Shown here: positions 31,063 to 41,298 of the stretch, piece after piece
Layout of the letters: each line of letters starts with the position of its first letter
How positions within the stretch are numbered: the stretch's first letter is position 1
Source: Chitinophagales bacterium
GTDB taxonomy: Bacteria > Bacteroidota > Bacteroidia > Chitinophagales > Chitinophagaceae
NCBI GenBank assembly: GCA_038235345.1
Contig: JBBSUB010000001.1
Location: 1 to 57,289 of the forward strand
DNA length: 57,289 nucleotides
Reading direction: 5' to 3'
Program-made: the position numbers and the translations under genes
The notes under the pieces: generated by a model
What the model was told of the DNA's origin: nothing
Databases searched by the model: none
Seen by the model: only the letters and a program-made list of their open reading frames with translations

Positions 31063-34000
31063 ATGGAATTTATAACTTCTCATTCCAATCCTCCATTGCT
31101 TAATAAATCTGCTTTACGGAAATTTTTTTCAGCAGCGCTAATCTTGTTATCCTGTTATGATGTAGCAGCAGGTAGTTATAAAGATTACGGTTTAAAAGAA
31201 AAAAACATTCTTACTGCCCATTTTGACGGTGATATTTATCAAACAATAAAAGGTACAGTATTAGATGAGAAGGGTTTGCCTTTAGGAGGAGTGTCTGTAA
31301 TCATAAAGGGTACAAATAAAGGGACGAGCACTTCTATGGAAGGACATTTCACACTTGATGCCAATAAGGGAGATGTTTTGGAATTTACTATCGTAGGTTA
31401 TAAGAAAAAATCCTTTACGATTGGGCAAATTGAAGAAGTGAATATCGTGATGGAACTGGATGTGCAAATAGGCGATGAGGTTGTAGTAGTAGGGTATGGA
31501 ACAAAGAAAAAAATAAATCTTACAGGCTCATTATCTGTGGTAAAGGCAGAGGATCTGGAAAATCGTCCTGTATTAAATGCTACACAAAGCCTGCAAGGAT
31601 TGGTGCCCGGTTTAAATGTATCCGTCGGTGGAAATACAAAACCCGGTCAAAGTTTTAATCTGAATATACGCGGAGCCGGAAACCTGGCAGGAGGTGATGG
31701 TCCGTTTGTTTTAGTAGATGGATTGCCGATGAATCTGTCCGACGTAAATCCAAACGATATCGAATCCATTTCTGTCTTAAAAGATGCGGCAGCCTCAGCA
31801 ATATATGGCGCCAGAGCACCCTTCGGAGTTATTTTGGTGACTACGAAAAAAGGAAAAGAAGGTAAAACAAGAATTTCCTATTCAAATAATTTTGGAATCA
31901 CCCGGCCAATAAATTTGCCAAACATGGCGAATTCATATGACTTCGCCCGTTTTTTTAATGATGCTACATTCAATGCACAAGGAAGCAAACAGTATAGTGA
32001 TGCAAAATTGGATCTGTTAAAACAATATATAAATAATCCTTCCGGAATGAATATTTTTCCGGAAGCCACGGATAATTATCTAACTAATTGGGAAAATACT
32101 GCCAATGGTGTAGCAAATACAAATTGGTTTGATTTCTTTTACAAACCAAGTTCCCTTCGCCAGCAACATAATTTAAGCATTAGTGGTGGAAATAAAACCA
32201 CTCAATATTTTATGTCAGGTGGCTATTATGATGAAGATGGCTTATTTAGGTATGGTGATATCAATTACAGGCGCTTTAATTTCAATACCACCCTGACGTC
32301 ACAAATAACCAGTTGGGCAAAAATAAAGCTGAATTCCAAACTGACTCAGGATAAATATAAATCTCCCTTTAGCAGTGGAGGCACATTTGAAGGATTATTT
32401 CTTCATAACCTTGCCCGTATGCGCCCGAATATTTCACCTTACGATCTTAATGGAAATTTTAATGAAATATCCAGTGTACCTTATTTTCGTTCAGGATCAG
32501 AATCAATTGTAAAGGGATTTACATTGGCTCTTTTACCTGGAATCGAATTGGAACCTATCAAAAACTTTAAAATAATTGCAGATTTAAATATTAGAAGAGA
32601 TGAAGGGGAAAGTTCTAATCTTTTGCTGCCTGGGGTTATTTACGGCATTGACGGTACACCCAAGTATGTTAACCGTTCAGAATTTGGTATTCCATTGCTG
32701 GGAAGTTTTTCCCGAAATGAAAACAAAACTGTATATGTGTCGCCAAATGTATATACGTCTTATCAATATAATTTAAATGATGCACATAATTTTAGTGTGA
32801 TGGTTGGTTTTCAACAGGAGTTGAACGAATATAGTTCACTTACTTCCTCCGCCCAGGATCTCATCAGTGCCACCCGACCGGGAATTTCTCTAAGTACCCG
32901 TCCTCCTGTTACCAGCGAAGCACGCAATCATTGGGCTACTCAAGGATATTTCGGAAGGTTAAATTATAATTACAAAGAGAAATATCTTTTTGAAGTAAAT
33001 GGTCGTTATGATGGTTCATCCCGTTTTGCACCAGATAGCAGGTGGGGCTTTTTTCCTTCTATGTCTGTTGGGTATAATATTGCTAAAGAAGGCTTCATGG
33101 ATAATCTAAGGCACGTGATTAATACGCTTAAATTGAGGGCCTCTTATGGTTTGCTGGGTAATCAATCCGGTGCTGGTTTATATTCTTACATCCAATCTAT
33201 GGGTGTTTCTATTCCTGGTATTAATGGCAGTGGGCCTTCCTGGTTTTTTCAAAATGGAAGAGAAGGAGTCATTTTTGCTCCTGCCCCTTTTAATACAGGC
33301 ACTACCTGGGAAAAGGTTTATACTAAAAACCTTGGACTTGATTTTGACCTCTTTCAGAATCGTCTTTCCGGCAGTCTTGATGTGTATGAACGCGAAACCA
33401 AAGATATGCTTGGTCCCACATTCGACATTGCAGATTTGTTTGGAGGAACTGTTCCTGCCAGTAACAATGCAAACCTACGTACTCGTGGTTGGGAACTTTC
33501 TCTTACCTACCGGGGCAATTTAGGAAACAACATTAAATTTAGTACGGGTATCGTTTTATCGGATAATATTACGGAAGTAACTAAATATGAAAATCCTACA
33601 TTCACTAATCCTTCCGGGGCATGGTACGTGGGCAAACAAGCGGGAGAAATATGGGGGTATCGCGCATCTGGTATTATTCAAAATGATAAAGAAGCTGCAG
33701 ATTTCAATGCAATCGATCACTCTTTTCTAAGTCCTGTGGCCTGGAAACCAGGAGATGTAAATTACATTGATATCAATGGGGATAAAAAAATAAACCGGGG
33801 AAACAATCGTTTGGGCGATATGGGTGATCAATCGATCATTGGAAATACATCTCCCCGGTATGCATATTCTTTTAATGGCTCATTAGAATGGAAAGGGATT
33901 TCTTTGTATATGCTATTACAAGGTGTTGGTAAAAGAGATTTTGCTGCTGGTGTTGGCGATGTTTATTTCTGGGGTTCTGGTGCACTTGCCCAGGTTTCCG

Positions 34001-34368
34001 TTTTTAAAGAGCACATGGATTATTGGACCCCTCAAAATCCAAATGCTTATTATCCGAATCCTTATGCAGCTCCTGCCGGTGCTATTAATTCTTTTGTGAA
34101 TAAAACACAGCAGGTAAGCGATCGATATATACAAAATGCAGCCTATTTAAGATTAAAAAATCTTACGCTGGCTTATTCCATACCAGCGAACATCATCAAT
34201 AAAATAAATTTGAATAAAGTAAGTGTTTTTGCAAGCGGTGAAAATTTATTCACTGTTACGAAACTTGCCGGGATGTTCGACCCTGAAACCTTAACAGGCA
34301 GTACATCTACGGGTAAAATTTATCCTCTTACACAGGTTTATTCTTTTGGTATAAATGTAGGATTCTAA
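31063..34368 (+). CDS. susC: SusC/RagA TonB-dependent outer-membrane transporter without N-terminal STN domain
   Basis: EVVVVGYG, DIESISVLKDAAASAIYGARA..GVILVTTK plug, RYDGSSRF, GFFPS, C-terminal aromatic (VGF). Confidence 0.96.
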   Translation: MEFITSHSNPPLLNKSALRKFFSAALILLSCYDVAAGSYKDYGLKEKNILTAHFDGDIYQTIKGTVLDEKGLPLGGVSVIIKGTNKGTSTSMEGHFTLDANKGDVLEFTIVGYKKKSFTIGQIEEVNIVMELDVQIGDEVVVVGYGTKKKINLTGSLSVVKAEDLENRPVLNATQSLQGLVPGLNVSVGGNTKPGQSFNLNIRGAGNLAGGDGPFVLVDGLPMNLSDVNPNDIESISVLKDAAASAIYGARAPFGVILVTTKKGKEGKTRISYSNNFGITRPINLPNMANSYDFARFFNDATFNAQGSKQYSDAKLDLLKQYINNPSGMNIFPEATDNYLTNWENTANGVANTNWFDFFYKPSSLRQQHNLSISGGNKTTQYFMSGGYYDEDGLFRYGDINYRRFNFNTTLTSQITSWAKIKLNSKLTQDKYKSPFSSGGTFEGLFLHNLARMRPNISPYDLNGNFNEISSVPYFRSGSESIVKGFTLALLPGIELEPIKNFKIIADLNIRRDEGESSNLLLPGVIYGIDGTPKYVNRSEFGIPLLGSFSRNENKTVYVSPNVYTSYQYNLNDAHNFSVMVGFQQELNEYSSLTSSAQDLISATRPGISLSTRPPVTSEARNHWATQGYFGRLNYNYKEKYLFEVNGRYDGSSRFAPDSRWGFFPSMSVGYNIAKEGFMDNLRHVINTLKLRASYGLLGNQSGAGLYSYIQSMGVSIPGINGSGPSWFFQNGREGVIFAPAPFNTGTTWEKVYTKNLGLDFDLFQNRLSGSLDVYERETKDMLGPTFDIADLFGGTVPASNNANLRTRGWELSLTYRGNLGNNIKFSTGIVLSDNITEVTKYENPTFTNPSGAWYVGKQAGEIWGYRASGIIQNDKEAADFNAIDHSFLSPVAWKPGDVNYIDINGDKKINRGNNRLGDMGDQSIIGNTSPRYAYSFNGSLEWKGISLYMLLQGVGKRDFAAGVGDVYFWGSGALAQVSVFKEHMDYWTPQNPNAYYPNPYAAPAGAINSFVNKTQQVSDRYIQNAAYLRLKNLTLAYSIPANIINKINLNKVSVFASGENLFTVTKLAGMFDPETLTGSTSTGKIYPLTQVYSFGINVGF

Positions 34369-34444
34369 TAAAGAGGGAAACCCGTTACTTACTTTAGAAG
34401 GCATAATTAAAATTAAATTATATAATTTTTATAAAAAAGACAGG

Positions 34445-36223
34445 ATGCATAACAATATTAAATCTTCCCTAATGATCCTTTGCAGTTTGCTTTTTGTGCT
34501 GGCAGCCTGCAACAAGGATTTTCTTAACAAACAGCCATTGGACACTCTAAGCACAGATAATTCCCTTGCTACCACCAACGAACTACGTCTTTATTTAAAT
34601 CAATTTTATGCCGGCGCTTTTCCTGGTCAGCCTGGTGGAATTGGCGGTAGTGGAATTGCCTTCAATGATGCAGGAACCGACAACATGACTTTTTCTGCGG
34701 TAAATATCAGGTTGAATGGCACATTGGCTTTAAGCAATGCAGGCGCTTTGAGTGGTTATACCACAATTCGAAGTATGAATTATTTCCTGGAAAATTACCA
34801 GCATGCTTCCGGGGATGCAAATCTGATTAATAATTATTTGGGCGAAGCAAAGTTTTTCAGGGCTATTACCTACTTTAATATGGTAAGAAGTTATGGAGAC
34901 CTTACCTGGGTCAATAAAGTTTTACCTGCTGATACACTTTTAATGCAGGTGCCAAGAGATTCGAGGATAGTAGTTACTGATTCTATTCTAAACGATCTTG
35001 ACCAAGCTATTAATTTGTTACCTATCAGAAGTAATAGCGCATCTATGCGTCTGCATCGAGATGTAGCTCTGGCATTTAAATCACGCGTAGCCTTGTACGA
35101 AGCCACCTGGCAAAAATATCATAAGGCAGCAAATGATCCATTTTTCACAAACGGAATTACTGATGCTAAAATACAGAACTATTTTGAACAGGCAAGAGAT
35201 GCTGCCTTAGCTGTAATAAACGGTAACCGATGGAAAATATATTCAACGGGTAAACCACTGGAAGACTATTTTAACCTTTTTGTTACCCTCGATCTCTCTT
35301 CAAATTCTGAAGTTTTGCTCTGGAGGAAATATAGCGTGGCAGATAATATCGCCCATAGCATTAGTAAATACACATCTACGGCAGGAGCTGATATGGGCAT
35401 TAATTTATCGCTGGTGGATGATTATCTTACCATTGATGGAAAGCCTTTTTTAGGGGTTGATAGAGATCAGGCTCAAAAAATCTATGGTAATGAGTTGAAA
35501 CCAACTATTCGGGATCCCCGCTTATCTCAAACTGTTGCAGTGCCTGGCAAACCAATTAAGCCGGGACAAGTAGTTCCTGCTTATCCTCCCATTAACCAAA
35601 CAGGTTTTAACCGGAGTACTACAGGCTTTCCTCTCTACAAATTTTTAGAATATAATGATTCACGCGCGGTTTCTGATGACAACAATAGCCAGGCTCCGGC
35701 GATTGCTTTCCGTTATGCAGAAGTATTATTGAATTATGCGGAAGCCATGGCAGAATTGGGTGGTGATGCTGTTCTTATCGCTAATGCGCTTAATTCTTTA
35801 CGTACGAGAGTAAATATGCCTCCTGTTAATTTTGCTAAAGAATACAATACGGATCCTGCTTATCCATTCAGGAATTTAAGTCAGGTGTTGCAGGCGGTGC
35901 GAAGAGAAAGAAGAGTTGAATTGGCTGCTGAAGGTTTTCGATTGGATGATATTATGCGTTGGGCCGCAGCCGGTATTTTAATAAAGGCGAACAGGCCTTT
36001 GGGTGCATTATATATTGGTAGTGACATGCCGGCCAATTACCCTTCCTCTTTTCAGCCTCAGTTAAGTGGAAATACAGGAGACGCAAGGCGTTACCTGGAT
36101 CCGCTAAAGAGTGTTGTACCTAATGGCTATGGTTTTAATTTAAACCGGGATTATCTGTTGCCTATCCAGCAACGGATGCTCCAATTAACAGCTAACAAAT
36201 GGATTCAAAACCCAGGTTGGTAA
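34445..36223 (+). CDS. susD: SusD/RagB lipoprotein
   Basis: Lipobox LAAC, GEAKFFRA..YF, FRYAEVLLNYAEA, ERRVELAAEG.R..D..RW, QNPGW. Confidence 0.96.
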   Translation: MHNNIKSSLMILCSLLFVLAACNKDFLNKQPLDTLSTDNSLATTNELRLYLNQFYAGAFPGQPGGIGGSGIAFNDAGTDNMTFSAVNIRLNGTLALSNAGALSGYTTIRSMNYFLENYQHASGDANLINNYLGEAKFFRAITYFNMVRSYGDLTWVNKVLPADTLLMQVPRDSRIVVTDSILNDLDQAINLLPIRSNSASMRLHRDVALAFKSRVALYEATWQKYHKAANDPFFTNGITDAKIQNYFEQARDAALAVINGNRWKIYSTGKPLEDYFNLFVTLDLSSNSEVLLWRKYSVADNIAHSISKYTSTAGADMGINLSLVDDYLTIDGKPFLGVDRDQAQKIYGNELKPTIRDPRLSQTVAVPGKPIKPGQVVPAYPPINQTGFNRSTTGFPLYKFLEYNDSRAVSDDNNSQAPAIAFRYAEVLLNYAEAMAELGGDAVLIANALNSLRTRVNMPPVNFAKEYNTDPAYPFRNLSQVLQAVRRERRVELAAEGFRLDDIMRWAAAGILIKANRPLGALYIGSDMPANYPSSFQPQLSGNTGDARRYLDPLKSVVPNGYGFNLNRDYLLPIQQRMLQLTANKWIQNPGW

Positions 36224-36251
36224 TAAATATTAAAGATAAAAATCGAAAAAA

Positions 36252-36629
36252 ATGCGAAGAAAAAGTCAATATATAAATGCGGCAATGGTTATTGTTTCCT
36301 TAATCATTTTTTATTCCTGCAAAAAACAAAATTTGCCTGTAAAACCGTCGTCTTCAGATTTTTCAGCTATGCTAAAAATGAATTCTGCTTTTCCGCCAAT
36401 CGGTGGGAAAGACACGATTGTAGTGAAAGGTGGTACAAATGGGTGGTGGGTGACTATTCCTGATAATAACGATTGGGTGATTATTACAAAACGATTTGGC
36501 TCAGGAGACTTTAATTTGCCTGTGACTGTAAAGCCAAATACCACCAATATGACAAGAGAAACAACGGTCATTATAAATCCTACTTTTAACCTTCCACCGG
36601 TTTCAATAAAGGTGACTCAAACCAAATAA
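36252..36629 (+). CDS. Small lipoprotein with BACON-like domain
   Basis: Lipobox FYSC; DWVII...GSGD...VTVKPNT...R...IKVTQ pattern. Confidence 0.75.
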   Translation: MRRKSQYINAAMVIVSLIIFYSCKKQNLPVKPSSSDFSAMLKMNSAFPPIGGKDTIVVKGGTNGWWVTIPDNNDWVIITKRFGSGDFNLPVTVKPNTTNMTRETTVIINPTFNLPPVSIKVTQTK

Positions 36630-36911
36630 GTATTTCGGATGTTATTTTTTTCTTACGGACAACAAACCATAAGTGAGGATGACTGAATTTTCAATTACCT
36701 TTTAAAAGGAAGGATCCATTTATTTGTGAATTTTTAATTTTTTAGAAAGATTACAGATCAATAATTTTATTCTAAGCACTCACGTGTTTTAGATTCGGAA
36801 TGTACACTTTCACTCCATTCATGTTTCTATGATTTTTAAAAAATGGATCATTCGGGTTTAAGTTTATTTCCTCCCCAGCTTCTTTGTTTGTATACTTTAG
36901 ATATTAAATTT

Positions 36912-38543
36912 ATGATCAAACTACTTTCCTTTTTTCTTTTGACATTTCTGTCTATGACATCTATGGCGCAATCCACCATGAATATTGTGCCTCTTCCCCA
37001 AACGATAGAAATGAAAGCCGGCACTTTTATGCTTGATAAAAACTTCTCAATACAATATGCACTGGAAAATCCGGAATTAAAAAGACTGGATATTTTTCTC
37101 AGGGGACAATTGAAAAATCGTTTTGGGATAAAAGTTTCAAATAAAAAGAATCATACACCTGCTCTTATTTTTACCATAGATGAAAAGCTAACCAGGTTGG
37201 GAAATGAAGGATATACTTTAATTATTGCGCCGGATCAAATAAAAATTACCGCTCCGAACTCGAAAGGGATTTTCTACGGAATTCAATCCTTTTTGCAATG
37301 CATCCCTTTTCAGAGTAATCAAAAATCTCTTGCTATACCCTGCACTTTTATAGAAGATCAACCGCGTTTCGGCTGGCGTGGAATGATGCTCGATGTCGTG
37401 CGACATTTCTTTACGGTGGAAGATGTAAAAAACTTCCTGGATATTATGTCCACCTATAAAATGAATGTATTTCACTGGCATCTTGTGGATGACCAGGGAT
37501 GGCGTTTACAGATAAATAAATACCCAAAATTGACTTCCGTCGGTGCCTGGCGTATGGAAACTCCGGGAGCTGTGTATTATGCTAAAAATGATTCTTTAAC
37601 GGGTACCCCTAAACGTTATGGTGGTTTTTATACCCAGCAACAGGCCAGGGATATTGTACAATATGCGGCAGATCGAAATATAATGGTGATCCCGGAAATA
37701 GAAATGCCCGGTCATTCACAGGCAGCCCTCGCTGCTTATCCGCAATTTTCGTGTGAGAATATTCCCCAGGAAGTCGCCAGCTCCGCCAGTGATTTTGCAA
37801 AATTATACAGTAACTATTGTCCATCAAATGATAGCACGTTTATTTTTTTACAGGATGTTTTAAATGAAGTGATGAATATCTTCCCATCACCATACATTCA
37901 TATTGGTGGCGATGAAGTGGATAAGCGTGACTGGAAAAAACATGCGAAGGACCAGGCGTTGATAAAGGAAAAGAATCTAAAAGATGAGAATGGCTTGCAG
38001 AGTTATTTTATTCATCGCATAGCGGATTACCTGAAAGCACATGGCAAAAATATTATCGGATGGGATGAAACGCTGGATGGAGGATTATCTCCTGATGCGC
38101 TGGTGCAAAGCTGGCGTGGAACCAGTGGCGGAATAGCGGCTGCCAAACAAAAGCACGGTGCTATCATGTCACCTGCAAATCCTCTATATTTTAACCGTTA
38201 CCAGGGCGATCCTAAAACAGAACCATTTGCCGCAAAATTTACAATCAATACCCTGAAAAAAGTGTACCAGTACGAACCTGTTCCTGTGGAATTGGATAGT
38301 GCCCAAACAAAATATATCATCGGGGTGGAAGGCGCTGTTTGGGTAGAGTTTATAAAAACCTATCCGCAGGTTCAGTATATGTTATTACCCCGGATACTGG
38401 CTTTGGCAGAGGTAACCTGGTCTGCAAAAAAAGACAGGCAATGGGATGGTTTTTTGAAACGGCTTCCATATCAGTTTAAACTCTTTGCAAAAGAAAAATG
38501 GAATTTTGACGAAAAAAATACGACGTTTGAAGATGTAAAGTAA
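36912..38543 (+). CDS. GH20 beta-N-acetylhexosaminidase
   Basis: DQPRFGWRGMMLDVVRHF, HWHLVDDQGWR, PEIEMPGH, catalytic HIGGDE, LPRILALAE. Confidence 0.95.
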   Translation: MIKLLSFFLLTFLSMTSMAQSTMNIVPLPQTIEMKAGTFMLDKNFSIQYALENPELKRLDIFLRGQLKNRFGIKVSNKKNHTPALIFTIDEKLTRLGNEGYTLIIAPDQIKITAPNSKGIFYGIQSFLQCIPFQSNQKSLAIPCTFIEDQPRFGWRGMMLDVVRHFFTVEDVKNFLDIMSTYKMNVFHWHLVDDQGWRLQINKYPKLTSVGAWRMETPGAVYYAKNDSLTGTPKRYGGFYTQQQARDIVQYAADRNIMVIPEIEMPGHSQAALAAYPQFSCENIPQEVASSASDFAKLYSNYCPSNDSTFIFLQDVLNEVMNIFPSPYIHIGGDEVDKRDWKKHAKDQALIKEKNLKDENGLQSYFIHRIADYLKAHGKNIIGWDETLDGGLSPDALVQSWRGTSGGIAAAKQKHGAIMSPANPLYFNRYQGDPKTEPFAAKFTINTLKKVYQYEPVPVELDSAQTKYIIGVEGAVWVEFIKTYPQVQYMLLPRILALAEVTWSAKKDRQWDGFLKRLPYQFKLFAKEKWNFDEKNTTFEDVK

Positions 38544-38694
38544 AAGGTGAAGGGTTATTTTCCTTTCCTATTGAAAATATCTATTTCTAAAATAAAGTTG
38601 AATTTTAGGGTAACTTCGGCCAAAATTTACCTGGGTTAAATCTTCGATTTTAAATTTATTTTAACCGGAACAATCAATTTAGAAAACCAATTAA

Positions 38695-39264
38695 TTGCAA
38701 ATAGATACAGAAATATGGATACAAATACAGGCAGGAGATGAAAAAGCCTATGAAAAAATGTATACTTATTATTACCGGCATTTTTATATTTACGGGCAGA
38801 AGATCACCCAAAAGCTTCACCTGGTGGAAGATTCCATCCAGGAAATCATGATTTTTATCTGGAATAACCGGTCTACATTATCTACCATAAAATTTCCTGC
38901 TGCTTATTTTTACACTTCCTTTCGGAATCTTCTCGTTAATAAGTTGAAAACGCAAGGTGTCATTGTTTCAGATGAATATATAACTGAAGAAATTTCGGCT
39001 TTTTCAGAACTTAGAATGATAGGAAAAGAAGAAGAGCTTGCATTAAATACCCGATTAAAAAAAGCTTCAGGCTATCTGACTGCCCGCCAAAACGAAGCAA
39101 TCTTTCTTCGTTTTTATGAAGAACTTTCCTATGAGGAAGTAGCTGAAATTATGGGTATTACCGTTAAGGCGACATATAAAATTATGGCACGTGCACTTAG
39201 TGAACTAAAGAATAAATATGTGCATTTATTTATTTTATTTTTGAATCTGATTAATCTCTTCTAA
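38695..39264 (+). CDS. ECF sigma-70 factor (FecI-like, Bacteroidota PUL type)
   Basis: GDEKAY, EDSIQEIM..IW, LTARQNEAIFLRFYEELSYEEVAEIMGI; TTG start uncertain. Confidence 0.9.
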   Translation: MQIDTEIWIQIQAGDEKAYEKMYTYYYRHFYIYGQKITQKLHLVEDSIQEIMIFIWNNRSTLSTIKFPAAYFYTSFRNLLVNKLKTQGVIVSDEYITEEISAFSELRMIGKEEELALNTRLKKASGYLTARQNEAIFLRFYEELSYEEVAEIMGITVKATYKIMARALSELKNKYVHLFILFLNLINLF

Positions 39265-39451
39265 TCTTTTTCGATAAGCAATTGCTTCTGCTTAAATATA
39301 GACATGATACCTCCAGTTTCTGCATAGGTTTAAATGCTGAAACCAATAATAACAGGTATCATTATGTCTTGGCTGAATTCTAATTTTAGAGATCTGGTAT
39401 GATCTATTTTCTTGACGGAATTGAAATTTAAGTAAATTTTTATTTTCTTAT

Positions 39452-39478
39452 GGGGTAAAAACATGTTTACTTAACTCT
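39452..39478 (+). promoter_or_regulatory. Putative ECF promoter GGGGTAA-N15-ACTCT (copy 1)
   Basis: Identical boxes and spacing recur at 41154 and 42626, all intergenic and on the coding strand. Confidence 0.7.
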
Positions 39479-39771
39479 ATAATATATTGCCTGGATTGAT
39501 ATTTAAAATAGGTTCCTTCAATTTTAAAGAATCATCCCCATTGCAAAATGTAACTTCCGGTTAGAAAACTGTTAGAAAAAAAATGTGGAAATTTTTTATA
39601 GTTACACTTACAATAAAAAAAGCCAGGGAGTAATTTTCTGGCTTTATGTTTTTAATAGATAGAGTAATCGAAACCGTTTTGGGAAACGAAAGATTTTTCT
39701 TACCCTAAATGAGATAAATACTTTTAATAACAACTCCGGTGAATAAATTGCCGGTTGTTTAAATCCTGATT

Positions 39772-41115
39772 ATGAGCCTTATAAAATTACTTCGATTCTT
39801 ATTATTTGTTCCGTTCGTATGCGCAGTAAATCATGTCCAGGCTGCTGAACTAAGCAACCAATCAGATAGTACAATCATTACCTATTTTAAAAACAGAATA
39901 AACGATTACCGTAAAGCCGATCATGAATCCTTGCCGGATAGCAAAAAGATGGCATTAAAAGATATAGAACAAAGCCGGAAAAATGTATGGGCTTTATGGA
40001 TAAAAGCAAATACGGATGTAGCAGAATTACCCCAGCCAATAAAGGCTTTGGCAGATAATAAACATATCTATCCGATGAATACCTGGCAACTTCATGGTGA
40101 AGACCCGATGCCGTTTTATTATATTTCTAAAGGGGAACAACCGAAAATAGGTTATCCTATGTTTATTAATTTACACGGATCCGGTCCTAAAAAGAGTGAG
40201 TTTGAGGCTGCTCTAAGATGGGGATTGATGTATAAAGATGTTCCTTCGGTTTATTTTATTCCTCAAATTCCAAATGAAAAAAGATACCGTTGGTGGTTTA
40301 AGCCGGAGCAGTTTGCCTGGGAAAAACTTTTTAGGCTTGCCATGCTGGACGGAAATGTAGATGCTAATAAAATTTATGTAATGGGCATTTCAGAAGGAGG
40401 TTACGGTAGCCAGCGTTTGGGCGCTTTCTATGCAGATTATCTTGCCGGTGCCGGACCGATGGCCGGTGGAGAGCCGTTAAAAAATGCGCCGCCATTAAAT
40501 TTCCGGAATATTGCCTTCTCTTTTCAAACGGGAGAAAATGACGGAGGATTCGGTCGCAATTCAAATACTGCAAGGGCAAAAAAAGTATTTGATAGCCTGC
40601 AGGTTTTACACCCGGCTGATTTCAAACACAATATTGTGCTTCAGCCAAAGAAAGGGCACGGTATTGACTATACGCCAACAACTCCCTGGTTAATTCAATA
40701 TAAAAGAAATCCGCAACCCGCTAATATTAGTTGGGTTTACTTCCCAATGGATGGCCGGTATCGTAACGGGTTTTACAATGTGTCAATCAATAAACAATTA
40801 AATATTTCCGACACTGCAAATATCGATCGTGCTATTTTTAATCTGAATATTGATAAAAAGAAGAACACGATTGATTTAGAGGTGTGGCTGGCAGACGGAG
40901 ATCTTACTCAAAAGGAAGAAGTAAAGCAAGGAGAAATTTCCATATTCCTTAGTCCTGAATTGGTTGATCTTTCAAAAAAAGTGAAATTATTTTATAAGGG
41001 AAAATTAATTTTTAATAAAAAAGTTCAGTCCGATGAAAATGTCCTGGTGGAAAGCTGTGCCCTATTTGGTGATCCGGAACGCCTTTTCCCGGCTAAAATA
41101 AAGGTGGTTTTATAA
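39772..41115 (+). CDS. Secreted alpha/beta-hydrolase (esterase/peptidase-like)
   Basis: Signal peptide, INLHGSG oxyanion motif, nucleophile GISEGG, candidate Asp (GEND) and His (KGHG). Confidence 0.8.
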   Translation: MSLIKLLRFLLFVPFVCAVNHVQAAELSNQSDSTIITYFKNRINDYRKADHESLPDSKKMALKDIEQSRKNVWALWIKANTDVAELPQPIKALADNKHIYPMNTWQLHGEDPMPFYYISKGEQPKIGYPMFINLHGSGPKKSEFEAALRWGLMYKDVPSVYFIPQIPNEKRYRWWFKPEQFAWEKLFRLAMLDGNVDANKIYVMGISEGGYGSQRLGAFYADYLAGAGPMAGGEPLKNAPPLNFRNIAFSFQTGENDGGFGRNSNTARAKKVFDSLQVLHPADFKHNIVLQPKKGHGIDYTPTTPWLIQYKRNPQPANISWVYFPMDGRYRNGFYNVSINKQLNISDTANIDRAIFNLNIDKKKNTIDLEVWLADGDLTQKEEVKQGEISIFLSPELVDLSKKVKLFYKGKLIFNKKVQSDENVLVESCALFGDPERLFPAKIKVVL

Positions 41116-41153
41116 TGAACGTTACTATAATTTGAAAATAAATATTTAAGGTT

Positions 41154-41180
41154 GGGGTAAAATATAAAAAAGCCGACTCT
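41154..41180 (+). promoter_or_regulatory. Putative ECF promoter GGGGTAA-N15-ACTCT (copy 2)
   Basis: ggggtaa aatataaaaaagccg actct upstream of the TlpA-like gene. Confidence 0.7.
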
Positions 41181-41298
41181 TTATGTGTAGAAAATGTGGC
41201 TATTACATTTTGAATAAACACCAGCTTTCTATTATAAAGCTTTATTTTTAAGGCTCATTTTTTAAAAAAAAATAACTTCCCACACATAAACACTTCTA

